64,000 nt of DNA, from assembly GCA_030704615.1 (NCBI GenBank), contig CM060732.1:42904001-42968000 (forward strand). Direction: 5' to 3'. The notes below the pieces were generated by a model. The model did not search any database. It was given only the letters and a program-made list of their open reading frames with translations, and was not told where the DNA came from. Position 1 is the stretch's first letter; each line of letters opens with the position of its first letter. Both the position numbers and the translations under genes were made by a program. Shown here piece after piece: positions 51,837 to 64,000 of this stretch. This DNA comes from Takakia lepidozioides (Eukaryota > Plantae > Bryophyta).

Positions 51837-53286
51837 TGATCACTGGAGTGTTGCTGTTTTAGAGCGCCGAGGTCGGATAGTACATTTGGACTGGTTGCGG
51901 ACAACACAAAAACTATTGAGGTGCACCATGTGACAACCCTGTGTTAGGCCTCCTTCATTCAATCGAACAATTTCCATTTTATTGCAGACACTCGTTGTCA
52001 TTTTCAACCAATTTGTCACATTGTCTTTTTGGGGACACTGGTCATAAGTACTTGATCCAGGCTGTATGAGATAGCTAGACAAATTGAGCTAAGATATGGA
52101 TCCGTGCTATCCAACCACACCGATAAAATTGAAGCTATAGTATGAGCTTCAGTTCAAGTATCCCATCAGTTTGTAAGGATCTCTCTGAGTGGTATTGACT
52201 GTTTGCAATTCAGCATCTCATGCCTGAGTTCCATCTTTTGTTAAATGTGGTCAGGCATATGAAAAGAAGGCTTCCACAGAGGCATTTCAACAGATTCAGA
52301 TACATATGTCTGTCTCTTGCTTTAGTGCATCAAGATGGAAGGTCTGGAAGCTGGAAAGCAGGTGCACACTCACATTATCCAAAGTGGATTCACGCCAAAT
52401 GTTTTTCTACTCAACACCATTGTCAACATGTATGACTTTGCATGTTAGACTTTGCAGCTTTGTGGTTTTTTTGTAGCACCACAGGGTGGTAGGTGGTGTA
52501 CACTTGGCAATGCTTAGATTTTGGGTACTCTATGCAGTAATCCAAGCAGGACTTCATGAGTGTGTTCCTCTGTTGGAACGGATCAATGAAACATTAAGTT
52601 ACATTGTGTTTGAATCGATGTTCCAATTTCAATGGTGCTGTCATGTTTCATTACTTGTCTACTACCACACAACCTGTTGCCTTGCTTGGTGTATTAGTTT
52701 GTATTTTATTTTTTTCCTTATAGTATTCGAGTATTATGTAAGTTTACCATAGTAGCCTGGACATAGTCATGTATACGATTGCCTCCCATCCAAAGACCCT
52801 CTCCACGTGGCACTTTCATTGTACCCCACGTGTTTGCCCATACCCGCGCCACGTGCGGTATCCAGAGTCCGTCCCTCGAAGTCATATGTTCCAGTCATAA
52901 CGACCACTCCCATTATGCATAAATTGATGTCACGTGTTGTCCTGGGGTTAAACTGTGGAAGTCATACATGCCAGTCTGCCCAACCCAAACTCATTGAAGG
53001 AATTTTGCGAAATTTTGCCATACCGTTCTTTGATTGCATGCCTGGATCTGATGACTTCAGTTACGTCATGGAGAGAATGGAATGGTTTGAGGGCAGTGTC
53101 CCCAGCAACGGAGCTGTTGGAAGTGCGGCTTATTATGCACTTTGTTTTGTGCAATTTTACTTGGAGTGGAAGTTCAATGTGAAAACCACAGAAGATCGAA
53201 CCCGTCATAGGTGGGCGTTTACTGCAAGTTGGTTCGACGAGTCAACCATGATAGCTTCCCATACTCATATAATTAGTTGGTTGTGA
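51837..53286 (+). pseudogene. Ulp1-like (peptidase C48) protease relic, interrupted by inserted sequence
   Basis: ag|DHWSVAVL..RIVHLD (catalytic His/Asp) at 51838-51891. PQQRSCWKCG (53100-53129, Gln/Cys, between two 1-nt frameshifts) is followed by YYALCFVQFYL..WF. Confidence 0.7.
52275..52435 (+). pseudogene. Captured PPR fragment
   Basis: RGISTDSDTYVCLLL*CIKMEGLEAGKQVHTHIIQSGFTPNVFLLNTIVNMY parallels RGVRADSNTYVSLLQGCISMKALAEGRQVHSLIIQSVFKPNIFLINTLVNMY at ~14290-14445. Confidence 0.85.
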
Positions 53287-53384
53287 GACGAGATGGACAA
53301 AGACTTTGTCAAATGGCCAAAGAAATAAATAGCGTCTCTTGATGCATTTTTTGCTTCTATGTGGTTTGTTTGTAACACTTCACA

Positions 53385-54730
53385 GTTTGGGTTTTATGCA
53401 ATGGGCTTACATGGGGTTACACTTTATTGGGTTACATAAAGTGGAGTCATAGACAAGTACTTGGGACATCTTGGGGCCCTGGGGCAATGGGCTTACACTC
53501 TGTGGGTTCACACATAAGTGATGGGTTACACCGTGCCGGGTCTCACAACGTGGGGTTACACTTATGGGTTACATGCAATGGGCCTCTCAGGGTTACATGG
53601 TTGGGCCTTCCTGGCTATGTCAGGGTCACGTAGCTGAAACAATATAGTTTCGTGACATGTAACCCCACCTCGACTATGCACACTTGTTTTTTTTTTTTTG
53701 TTTTTTTTTTCCTCGCACTGAAGTTTTGGTGCACTGAAGTTCTCGGAGTTATACTACATGGAGTTATACTACATGGGGTTACATACATGAGGGCTATGTA
53801 CAATGGGTTACATACGATGGGGTCACAATAGTGGGGGTAACATCTGGTCAGGCTACATACTTCTTGGAGTTACAACACTCTGGGTTACACTCACTCAAGA
53901 GGGTTACACAATTCTGAGTTATACTGTGCACAGTGACAGTGGGCAGGGTTGCCTATACAAGGGCTACGTGTCGTGGGGATACATAAGATGGGGTGATGTA
54001 GCATCAACATGCACCCCAAATTGTACAATGGGTTACATGCGATGGGTTGACAACAGTGGGGGTTACATGTGGTCGGGATACATACTTCTTGGGGTTACAC
54101 AACAACAAGTTACACTCCGGAGGGCTACACTGGTCCATAACATAGGTTGAATGGAATGATTATCTATCTCATGGATTACACGTCCATGGGTTACATATAC
54201 AGGGTGGGTTACACACAAATTGGGTTACACATAGAGGGGTCACACATACAGGGTGGGATACACCTAAATTGGTTACACATAGAGGGGTTACACATATATG
54301 GGTTACATAGAGGGGTTGCACATAGAGGGGTTACACATACAGGGGCTAGTGTTGGCGACTAAAGGTGCTCGACTTTAGCGTCTTCCCACTCTGTATTGAA
54401 GGGTCATGTAACCCCGGCAGACTAACCCAGACCCTGTAGTCACACTGTAGTCATCGACTTATAATTCTCAGAGTTACACCACTGACAGCAATATTCTATG
54501 GGCTTTTACATACTGGGTTACACTGTTGATAGTTACATTGCAGTTACACTTGGAGTTACACCACAATGAGTTACACTGAAGAAGGTTACACTCGTCTGTG
54601 TTACACTGTGTGGAGTACCACAAATGCGAGTCACACCAAGTAGAGCTATGTTACGTTATGAAACCCCAGACGGTGTAACCCTGCGTTGTGTCACCCTGGC
54701 CCATGGGTGTCCCATTGAGTGGGTTACATA
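53385..54730 (+). repeat. GGGTTAC(A)-motif array between the convergent Ulp1 and transposase relics
   Basis: Dozens of gggttacac/gggttacat/gagttacac copies with variable spacers. Confidence 0.9.
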
Positions 54731-54840
54731 GGTTGAATGTGGATGGAATGGCAAAGTAAATAACAACCCATGAACAGACATGTACTTCGTATTAAACCTG
54801 GTGATCACAAAATAAGTGTGATTGCCAATGGACTCAATGG

Positions 54841-55515
54841 TCACTTACTATGGAACCGGTCTACAAAATCCATTTTCCTGGCAAGGGACATGTTGTTTCC
54901 ATCATCATTTTTTATGAATGGAACTGCCTGAAGAGGGTGCAACAGACCTTTGTCGATTCTGACTTGTAAAGTGGACAGCCTCCCACGAACACAACGAAGC
55001 TCGGCAAGTAGATGTTTGCGCATTGTTTCACTCTCATTGCCAAGAAGTGACAGGGACTTCATCTCAGATTCAATTGATGAAACATCCGACGGCTCCTGCC
55101 GACCACGCTGGGATGATGCTGAGCACTCCGTAGGCTCTGCTAGATTCACAACTTCCTCCTCTGCATCAATATCTAGAAGTTCCGATTTCATCAACATGTC
55201 AAGACCTCCATGAATGGTCCCGAGCTTTGTGCCACAGAGCTTCACAATAAGCCCTTCCTTCAGATTTGGCTTCATCAATTGAAGAACGCGGATTTGATGT
55301 TTGCACAAGTTACCCTTCAAAGCCCATGGACAATCGTAACAAGCCCAGGTGGTTGCAGGTGCATAGATTGTGTAGCTTCGACCGGCCGTTTGAACACTAT
55401 CCACAATCGCCGGATGACCAGGAATAGTGGGCAAATGAACATTGACGTCAGGGATCTCCCTCGCAGTCCAAACAACATTGCTGATAAATTCCTCATGTCG
55501 TAAGTTAGTGGGGAA
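54841..55515 (-). pseudogene. MULE (MuDR-type) transposase C-terminus with SWIM zinc finger
   Basis: NLRHEEFISNVVWTAREIPDVNV..YTIY..WACYDCPWALKGNLCKHQIRVL (first SWIM Cys mutated). The DDE core is absent. Confidence 0.8.
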
Positions 55516-57938
55516 TCATTGGTAAAACACTTAGGAAATTAGACAGAGTCTGAGACGACCAAGGAGAATAACTCTTAAACGCATTGGCGACTTGATTGGT
55601 CATGAGCTTGGACTCATCTACATCGGGGAAAAGACAAAGGTTTTTAGTCGTGGAACGAGGTTTTTCAAGGGTTATACTATGTAAGGGTTACACTGACTAG
55701 GACAAGACAGTGGTTCGGATTACACGATGTGGGTTACACCACCCTGTTAGAGACAGTAGTTTGCAATGGGTTACACTACCTGGGTTACACTAGTGAGATT
55801 ACACAACGAGAGGGTAACAAATCTAGGGTAACATAGCGAGGGGTAACATTAGGGGTACATTGATTACAGGGTTACATACTCCGAGGGTTACACTGATTAC
55901 AGGGTTACACACAACGAGGGTTACACTGAGTACAGGGTTCCACATAGCGAGGGTTACACTGATTACAAGATTACACACAAAGGGGTTACACGACGAGAGG
56001 GACAGACCCAAGGTCTCTCATATACTGGATGCCCAGACGCGCATTGAAGTCCATTTCTGTTGGTGATTCGTTGAAGAGGCTACAACACCAAAGCTGGATA
56101 AACGATTCTTTCTGATGGATCGCAAAGTGATGGGCGGCGCGGCGACGGCTTGCCTTGCAAAACTGTATAGCTCCGTTGATCTTAACTGACCTGTCACCCC
56201 ACTCTTCTGTACTCAAACTCGATCTTAAGTCCTCGAGCTCAGAATCCAAGGTCGCAATTCCATCACCAGGTAGTGCAAAGTACATCAGACTAAAGCCGTA
56301 ATACGCATCGACCAGGTCCTTCACCTTTGAGGCCGTAAGAGCACTTTCCAGAAGGTCAGTCGTGAACCCCAACCTGGGATGCGTTTGGGAAACTGACCTG
56401 CCATGATTTCTTACATCGTTGTGGGCCAGAATTCTCAAAAGGAGTGGTGGCGGTCCAATGTGCGGTTTGGTGAGATTTTCCATTTGACTGATCAATCCTT
56501 CCGCAAAACCGCGAGTGAATTCCAACGGATTTGGAACAACCAACCTTCGATTCCATCTACAGTAATAGTGATGACAAGAGGATTTGAAGTTCTGGCATCG
56601 TCAAGGTCGGTATTGCCAACAGCTGGTTCGTCCATCGTGTCATTATCATGTGAGGTTTGGCTCTCTCGATGGACTCGTGTAAGTCTCCCACATTTTTTCT
56701 TTTTTATGCTTTGGCATATCAGGATGTCCAATGCTCTCCAAATACTCCTTCACCCGATTCAATTCCTCTATCATTAACGGACCATGATCCGGCTGGGCTG
56801 TAAACGCCTTGTGGGCAGCAACAACACTGTCCATATCATCGCTTCTAAGATGATGTCGAGCTCCCTGCGCAATACAGCGTGAGGGGTTACACCAGAGAAA
56901 AGGGTTACAGCACGAGGGGTTACACATGAAAAATGGGTTACAAGGAAGGTGGGCTACACGGGGTTACACAGAGGTGGGTTACACACCATAGGGATTTTTA
57001 AAAGGGGTCCTCTATAGGTGGGTTACACTCTGGGTTACACGCCACAAGAGAGACAGGGGGGGTAACACAAAGGGTTACACGGATAGACAACAGCCCGAAA
57101 TTTGAAAAACAGAGAAATGGCAGGGAATCCAACTTAATTGTCCGTCGATAGAACCCAACTTGATTTTGCAGCTGTTGCATGGACTGAGCCCTCGCCTGGC
57201 GCAACAAATTCTTGGAATGCCGGCCAAAACCCCTTCTCATTGACATTCGGAAATGGGAACTAAGGAATAAGGCCATGCGGTAGCAGAAGGATTGAGCCTG
57301 GAGTTCGCTTTCGCAAGATGAACCTTGAGCTCCGGTTTCCCCGGTTTGCAATGTTGATTTTCTTTGCAATAGAGACAGGTAGAGGCGGGCTCAATCGCCG
57401 CTTGTCTCTCTCGTTAGGAACCTGCCGAAACAGAAGGACCAGGGACAGAAACGGCAGGAGCACCAGAAGATGAAACCTCTGTAGCAGAAGTAGCCGAAGA
57501 AGGTACAACAACAGGCACTTCAATAGGATCTGCAATCTCACCTTAAGCCACCCTATTTTGCAGAATCCATGCATAATATGCATCAACAGAAGAAGCTGGA
57601 ACAGAATTCACCACATTTTCAACAGCCATGGCATGCTTGAGCTCCGCATCAGGAAACGGTTTTGTTCCTTTCGGTCTGGCCATACATGCGGCCGTTCCAT
57701 TGACAATATGCCGATTCAATCTGCTCTTATCTACCTTTACTTCCCCACAATAAGGACATTTGAACTTAGGCCGGCCCTTTGCTCCCTCCACCTTGGCCTC
57801 TCTACACCTGGTGTGGCAGTACGCGATCGTTGTAGCATGTTCATGCCCAGTGTACCAGACGCGAACTTGTTCGCCATCCCTCTTCAAGCGATCAAATGGA
57901 ATAGTAGCCACTCCAGGGAACAGATAACAATCAGCCAT
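55505..57938 (-). pseudogene. Four-exon transposon-borne gene of unknown function with N-terminal zinc finger
   Basis: ATG at 57938; FKCPYCGE..RLNRHIVNG..C. GT-AG introns at 57422-57541, 56865-57133 and 55677-56007; the last joins in frame (DLG|ITLEKPRS). Several frameshifts. Confidence 0.65.
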
Positions 57939-58734
57939 GGCAAAAGAAAAAGCTAACAGAAGATAAGAGAAGAGCAAGACCAAGACAAGACCAAGAGAAT
58001 TCCGAAGAACGCACAGCAGGGAGCACGCACTGCAAGGAGTGCAGGAAAAATAGGAAAGGGCTGCGAGAAGGGAAAAACTGAACAATGATCAAAGAACGAA
58101 GAACGAAGCTAGCTAGATATCACCCGTAAGGCATGTGGTTAAGCGAAAGACGGCGGTTCATTAAAATCTGGCGGCTTGCAATCAATTACATCCGCACTGA
58201 CTCACACGTGTATGAGTTGCAATCCCGGTGTCACCCAGAATAGCGGAGTGTAACCCGTAACCCTACACTTGTGAGCTCGACAAACCGGCCGTTACCCGCA
58301 TGCGAGACACGTCGAGTGTAACCCTCCGTCATGTACCCACATATGATATAACCCTTCGTCACAACCTCATGTACCCCTAGTCTATGTGACTCCCGAACAT
58401 AACATCGATGTAACCCTGTCATATCAAACCATTAGTATGTAACCTCCAGGTAAACATGGTCAATGTAACGCCCCACCCATGTAACCCTAGCCTATGTGGC
58501 TCCGCGAGCGCAACATCCACGTAACCCATCAAACATGTCAACCCCATCTAAACCTCCATTACTAAACCGTCTACCAAGCCACCATGTATTGAGAAAGAAA
58601 ACACCGTGTAACCCCCTGTGTGTAACCATAGCACACGTGACGTAGTCATATAAACCATCAGACATGTTATCGGTTGACAGTGCTTGCAGAACACGCAGGA
58701 TTCGATACGTATTGCATCCAGAATACCGATGAGT

Positions 58735-58885
58735 AGGCTGCCCCGGCTGGTGTGTGAACAAAAGATACACGTGAAGAGAATGAATGGGCACCCCGTCAAA
58801 TGAGCGGCTGCTTGCATGGCTAGACCGAAAGAAACAAAACCCTTTCCTAATGCGGATCTCAGGAATACCATAGCCATCGGGGACG
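58735..58885 (+). pseudogene. Inverted paralogous fragment of the zinc-finger gene
   Basis: AACMARPKETKPFPNADLRNTIA vs AACMARPKGTKPFPDAELKHAMA at ~57620-57695 on the - strand. Confidence 0.75.
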
Positions 58886-59239
58886 GTGACAAAACAACAA
58901 GAATGACATTGAGAAAGAAAAAGGATAGAGACAACCGTATCAATCGTAGAGAAAACCGTAGTAATAGATTTGCCGGATCGCTACGCGGAAAGCGTTGTCT
59001 TGCATGTTGCTGGGAGAATGATACTGAACTGAATGAACTACAAATCTTTCGCATTGATGTGTGAAGCCGATTGGGCACCACGGGAATTGCAGAAAACTGA
59101 TGCCCCAAAGCAAAAAAATGAGCGAGCTAGGAATATGAAAAACGAATGGAGAGAGCAAATTAGGGTTTCGGCCTCCATTTCAACCTCCATTCGGCTGTCG
59201 GATAGTTTACACGTGTATGATGTACACGAGGCAGAGGTA

Positions 59240-60340
59240 TAGAGGGTTACATGGATTACAGAGGGTTACATGGAGTGAGGTTTACATAGGGGTGAGGGTG
59301 ACACTCTGCGGTGCTACAAACGGTTACATGGGTTACAGAGGATTACATGGTGGTAAGGGTTACACCTGGTGAGGGTTATAGAGGGTTATAGAGGGTTACA
59401 TGGAGAGAGAGAGAGAAAGGGTTACATGGGGGTGAGGATGATAATCTGCGGTGTTATAGAGGGTTACATGGGTTACAGAGGGTTACATGGAGTGAGGGTT
59501 ACATACGGGTGAGGGTAACACTCTGCGGTGTTACAAAGGGTTACATGGGTTACAGAGGGTTACATGGTGGTGAGGGTTATAGAGGGTCACAGAGGGTTAC
59601 ATGGGTTACAGAGGGTCACAAAGGGTTACATGGGTTACAAAGGGTCACAGAGGGTTACAGAGGGTTACATGGAATGAGGGTGACATAGGGGTGAGGGTGA
59701 CACTCTGCGGTGTTACAGAAGGTTACATGGTGGTGAGGGTTATAGAGGGTCACAGAGGCTTACATGGGTTAAAGAGGGTCAGAGAGGGTTACATAGAGTG
59801 AGGGTTACATAGGGGTGAGGGTGACACTCTGCGGTGTTACAGAGGGTTACAGAGGGTTATATGGGTTACAGAGGGTCACAGAGGGTTACATGGGTTACAA
59901 AGGGTTACAAAGGGTTACATGGAGTGAGGGTTACACAGGGGTGAGGGTGACACTCTGCAGTGTTACAGGGGGTTACATGAGGGTCACAGAGGGTTACATG
60001 GGTTACAGAGGGTTGCATGGTGGTGAGGGTTACAGAGGGTCATGGGGTTACATGGGTTAAGAGGGTCACAGAGGATTACATGGGTTGCAAAGTTTTACAG
60101 AGGGTTACATGGAGTGAGGGTTACATAGGGGTGGGGGTGACACTCTACGGTGTTACAGAGGATTACATGGTGGTGAGGGTTACACTTGATGAGGGTTACA
60201 GAGGGTCATGGGATTACATGGGTTACAGAGGGTCACATGGTGGTGTGGGTTACACTCGGCGGAGTTACAGAGGGTTACATGGGGGTGAGGATTAAACCCG
60301 GGGCGGGGGGTTACAGGGGCTGACGTGCAGGGGGTTACAG
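59240..60340 (+). repeat. Dense G-rich satellite of AGAGGGTTAC / ATGGGTTAC units with a higher-order unit
   Basis: Repeated blocks of atggagtgagggttacataggggtgagggtgacactctgcggtgttac interleaved with 9-10-bp units. Confidence 0.95.
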
Positions 60341-62024
60341 GGAACTGGCGGACTGGTGTCACAGAACGACGACAAAGGCGGCGACGACGAGCCGGGGGCG
60401 ACGCGCTAATGGGATGAGAGCGGGGGTGGGGAGGGATTGACCGAGCCCAGCCGGCTGCCTTTTGATGGCTGCCGGAGGCAGAGAACCGGCGGTACGGGGT
60501 GTCAGGGCTAGACCGTCCTGACGCGCTCGCATTAAGTTCTTACATTATTCCTATTATCTTCCGCTAAACACTGTCTTTTAAGCCATGAATACTACGTGGA
60601 GGGAGTGGTGTTTCAATTGCTCAAGCTGAATTCATGTGCTTGCATGAGCAAGTTCTATTCCTTGTGGTGGCGGACTTTTCTGCCTAATTGACGATTTGCC
60701 AAAGCCTACGTGGCGCTACCCTCTCTCTTACATTGTTTTCCACATGTATGCCATGCAAGTAAGAAATACCCTTCCTCAGTGCTAAGTGATCGTTTTTTAG
60801 TTTTGCCCATCAGTATTGTTTTGGTTCAGGAAAGTTCAATGTCTCTTAGTTGAAGTGTTGGTAATCTTGCAGGGAATGTTCAAGAACGACTTCCTTGGGC
60901 TGACTTTTGATAGCAATAATTCAGTTTTCCTACACGAAGACGATGAAACCACTTTGTGCCACATCTATCGAATTTTCCTTCGTTTTTGTATCATTCTGAC
61001 TTCTGAATCCACACCTAGGAAACCCTTATTTCTTGAAAACCTGGCCTGAAATTTTCTGCTGGTTTTTTTTTGTCCTTCATTTCTGCAGATCACTTATAGC
61101 CTCGAGTAGGGTCTGAGAGGAACAATGAAATGTGAAGTAACTCTTATCTGTAGATGTTGGCTTCGACGAGAACGGTCTCTCTCTTGAAATAGAATTACAA
61201 TCACATACTCTTTAAACAGAAGTTTGAAGGGGTTTAGTATCCTGCATTCATCACCTAACAGGTGTGAACTTGGACTTAAGTATACCCTACAGAATTGCAA
61301 GCACAAGTGGGTGCCATGCCAGGTGACAAATTCTCAAGGTCTAGAAAGTTGTGACTTAACAAATAGAGCTGTTCTTCAAGATCTATTTGCTGATGCAGGG
61401 ATTTTTTCCACTTGTGTTTCAGGCTTATAAAGGTACTCCAATTGCTAGAAAAGAGTAATTCCCTCAGCTTCACCACCAATCCTGATGCACGCTGTTGAAG
61501 AGGAAGGCATCCCATGATCAGCAATTGCTTTATGTGATATTTTTTTCCTGCTATAGACATCAGATTGGACCCCCAGTTGCAAAAGATCACCATTTGGGGT
61601 ACTGGCAATATGAAACGTTTGTGCTTATTCCTCACATTTTGTATGCATCTCTCATGAATTGGCTAAAAATTAAGTCAAGCTCATGCTAATAGTATCAAGC
61701 TCTGTACTGTGAGAGAAACAATTGGCATGGAAATTACTTTGGTCTCAATGTTCACATTCGAATTCTACTGCCTTAAGCCTGTTGTGTTCATGCTATTGTT
61801 GCTGTGACTTTACCACCTAAGCCACTCCAGGCCCCAAAATGCAGTTACGAATAGCCAGACAGGCTACGCTGAAATTCCTGAATTAGCCACGTTATACCAA
61901 TTGCCAAATATTGGTATTCGATTTCTAGGCAATCGCCTCAACTTCCTACACAAAGCCTGCTACATCAGCCACCCAACCCACTGCCACTGGAGAGCGTAGC
62001 CATTTAGGCTTCCATTGCATGGGG

Positions 62025-62206
62025 AAAAAAAAAACGCTGGTTCCTAGCTGGCATATCATCACAAATAAGTTTTTTCGAAGATCTTCTAAATCATCTGGAG
62101 ATGTTCTTAAACATTTTGGATCTCCAAATCCTATATATGAATTAGGTATTCGATCGAAATTTGGATTACCACAAACTTCAGGAGCTGTAAGAATTCTTCC
62201 ATTCAA
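62025..62206 (-). mobile_element. Helitron Rep/helicase N-terminal fragment
   Basis: LRTSPDDLEDLRKNLFVMICQLGTSVFF resembles the helitron_like_N motif lR.SP.Y...r..L.aMirQLG.PtfF. Confidence 0.6.
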
Positions 62207-62744
62207 TTTACCTTTTTAAACACGAACTTCGTGGGCAAAACAGAATGAAATAATTCTAGTTCCGTGTATTAATGATTGTATCGAGCATCACATGCATTTA
62301 TTAGATACGCAACTATTAAGCAACGAAAATCCTTATGGAGATGGCACCTACCACAAGAAAAAAAGAAAAAAAGAAAAAAGTATGACGCCTCCCCAAGGGA
62401 GCGTAACTTATGGTGTCTCTTCACCACAAGGGCTACTGCCTTCCAGCTAAAAGTGGACACCTTCATGACACACCAGACCGTGGTTTGAACCCACAACCAC
62501 ATCCAACGTCGTATGTGCCCATTACCACCTGGCGTCGCTTGTGCTCACGCCTACGTTTTCCTATGCTCACGCCATGTTTTTGTGCTCGTGAGCACAAATT
62601 TCACTTTTTAGTCTAGCCATAACATTCTTTTGGAATATTCTTGAAATTTTCGGGATGCTCTCTTATGCTCACGTGAGCTTGCGCACACAGGCGTGAACGC
62701 TCAAGCGCTACCCAAGCGCTACCCAACCTCCTTTGGGTGGTGTA

Positions 62745-63070
62745 TCAGAAACTGGAGTTCCTGGCCTTGGTGTACCATGCCAACTCATATTTCTCCCACA
62801 CCTTTAACCCAAGGGTTCACCCCTTGTCTTTCTTCTTGTGATCTTCCTTCTTCCTTGCACCAACTTCCTTAATCTTTCCTGTAAAGAGTAAATGGTTGTG
62901 CCACCTAAATCAAGATTTTCATGTAGTGGCGTTGCACTCTCGGCTTCTGGCGGACTGAGGGGTCCAGATGATTCTCCTACAATATTTTCCCAGAAATGCG
63001 GATAGTTAGCTCTTAAATAGCTCTCTCTTCTTGCTGTATATCTCTCTCTTCTTTCTCCTCTTGGGTGGCC
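62745..63070 (-). mobile_element. gag N-terminal fragment of a relative of the 31632-43185 retrotransposon
   Basis: RRERYTARRESYLRANYPHFWE..GESSGPL..SLQERLRKLV vs RR*RYSAKRESYLKANYPYLWE..GESSGPL..SLQERLRELV. tcagaaactggagttcctg is shared with ~41220. Confidence 0.85.
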
Positions 63071-64000
63071 CACAGAATAACAAGTTTACTGCTGCATATG
63101 GGCCTGGGGACTGCACATATAACTTGGACCAGAATTATAAGTATTGAAAACAAAATCCTGCATCAACTTAACCCAACAGCTCCATATGCAGATGTAAATA
63201 GAATGGAGGACTTTCGAAAGTCTCACTTTCCTCCACCAAGCTGCCAATGAAGGTGGAATGGAAGTACAACCATGCAGAAAGCTGTAGTACCCTCCTTGTT
63301 CCGAGCCTCAGAGGTTTCCTTTCACCATGCACTGGTCCATAATTAGAGGACATTCTTTCGATGATCTGACATAATTCGCAGTAGCATGTTTAGGCAGCGC
63401 ATGATCATCTCTGTGCGTCTGCAATTGTGAGAGTGTTACTGTCCAGGACTCTGACATGGATTGTTCTTGCCAGGTTTCCCTGATAAACTTGGCATCCAGA
63501 AAATAGAACGTTGATCCAACCAACATTCCATTTTTGTAATTTGATCAGGCTGTACTGCACCTCCCTTTGTATTTATTCATATTTCTTAGAAGATGATGCC
63601 TCAAAGGTTTAAGATCAGATCAAGAGTTCTGGCCAATCTCTCCTTTAAACAAGGTTCAAGTTTGCTGATGCGACCAAGGTAGAAAAATGGACTTCAGGTG
63701 CAAGTACATCTATTCTATAAAAGTGGCAGATGTGACTACCTGCATGAGGATTCTAGTTCTCGATCCGGTATCTACAGGGAAGATCTTGGCTCAAGAGTCC
63801 CAAAATAGCAGACTACTTTTTGCCGGGTTGTGTAGATCTTCTACTAGCCAAGACTGAGGAAATTTCTCAAACTGCAACAAATCGAGGGCAGGCTGTTGCT
63901 GTGTTTCATTAAGATGTCAACTTATCTACGTATGATCCTACACCACTTTGGGAAGGCGCACAATCATGATGCCCAATTTCCGGCTCACCTTCGTACTGTG

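Larger units (their letters stand above)
47204..52980. mobile_element. Second CACTA-like element, left end intact, right end not found
   Basis: Starts cactagtagaaaa, followed by ATGACT/AGTC repeats. 52930-52975 is an inverted copy of 47490-47537. The extent is uncertain. Confidence 0.55.
51640..60562. mobile_element. Large Mutator-family relic (same TIR as 18469-19126) carrying Ulp1, SWIM transposase and zinc-finger genes; left end not found
   Basis: 60533-60562 is the exact 30/30 reverse complement of the TIR at 18469-18498. Shared subterminal ggggtggggagg(a/g)attgac. GGGTTACA arrays throughout. Confidence 0.75.

Noticed and set aside
51387-54386. ggaagacgc / gcgtcttcc as TIRs of a separate element
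   Set aside because: Only 9 bp match and the flanks show no TSD.
59240-60340. True telomere or interstitial telomeric repeat
   Set aside because: Units are 9-10-bp GGGTTAC variants rather than tandem TTTAGGG/TTAGGG, and the array ends at a transposon TIR.
59601-60362. ORFs rich in VT/GY/RV dipeptides
   Set aside because: These are translations of the satellite, not genes.

Overview
Nuclear DNA of a land plant, probably a non-seed plant (inferred from the PPR and transposon styles). About 1-26.5 kb is gene-rich. It holds the 3' exons of a PHD-GNAT (IDM1-like) gene, a 630-bp fold-back, a NATA1-like acetyltransferase, a frameshifted LRR receptor-like pseudogene, an intact PLS-PPR-DYW editing factor, a conserved gene with an AETRAKNRA motif and a fibrillin-like plastid gene. 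About 26.7-64 kb is a nested transposon island. It holds a hAT transposase relic with an internal inversion and a 16-kb CACTA element (TSD AAT) containing an 11.55-kb Ty3/gypsy element (TSD ATGGA, integrase lost, long extra ORF). It also holds a second CACTA relic, a Mutator-family relic, and Helitron and gag fragments. Three leads stand out. (1) The Mutator relic is VANDAL-like: Ulp1 protease, SWIM transposase and an unknown zinc-finger gene, with a GGGTTAC(A) motif massed in spacers and introns, and a matching 658-bp non-autonomous copy at 18.5-19.1 kb. (2) OSB-type 'PDF' ssDNA-binding motifs are linked to PPR-DYW sequence, upstream of the intact gene and as about 8 exon fragments carried by the CACTA elements. 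(3) The hairpin's mismatches are strongly biased to G:U on one strand. All calls are by eye; no searches were run.
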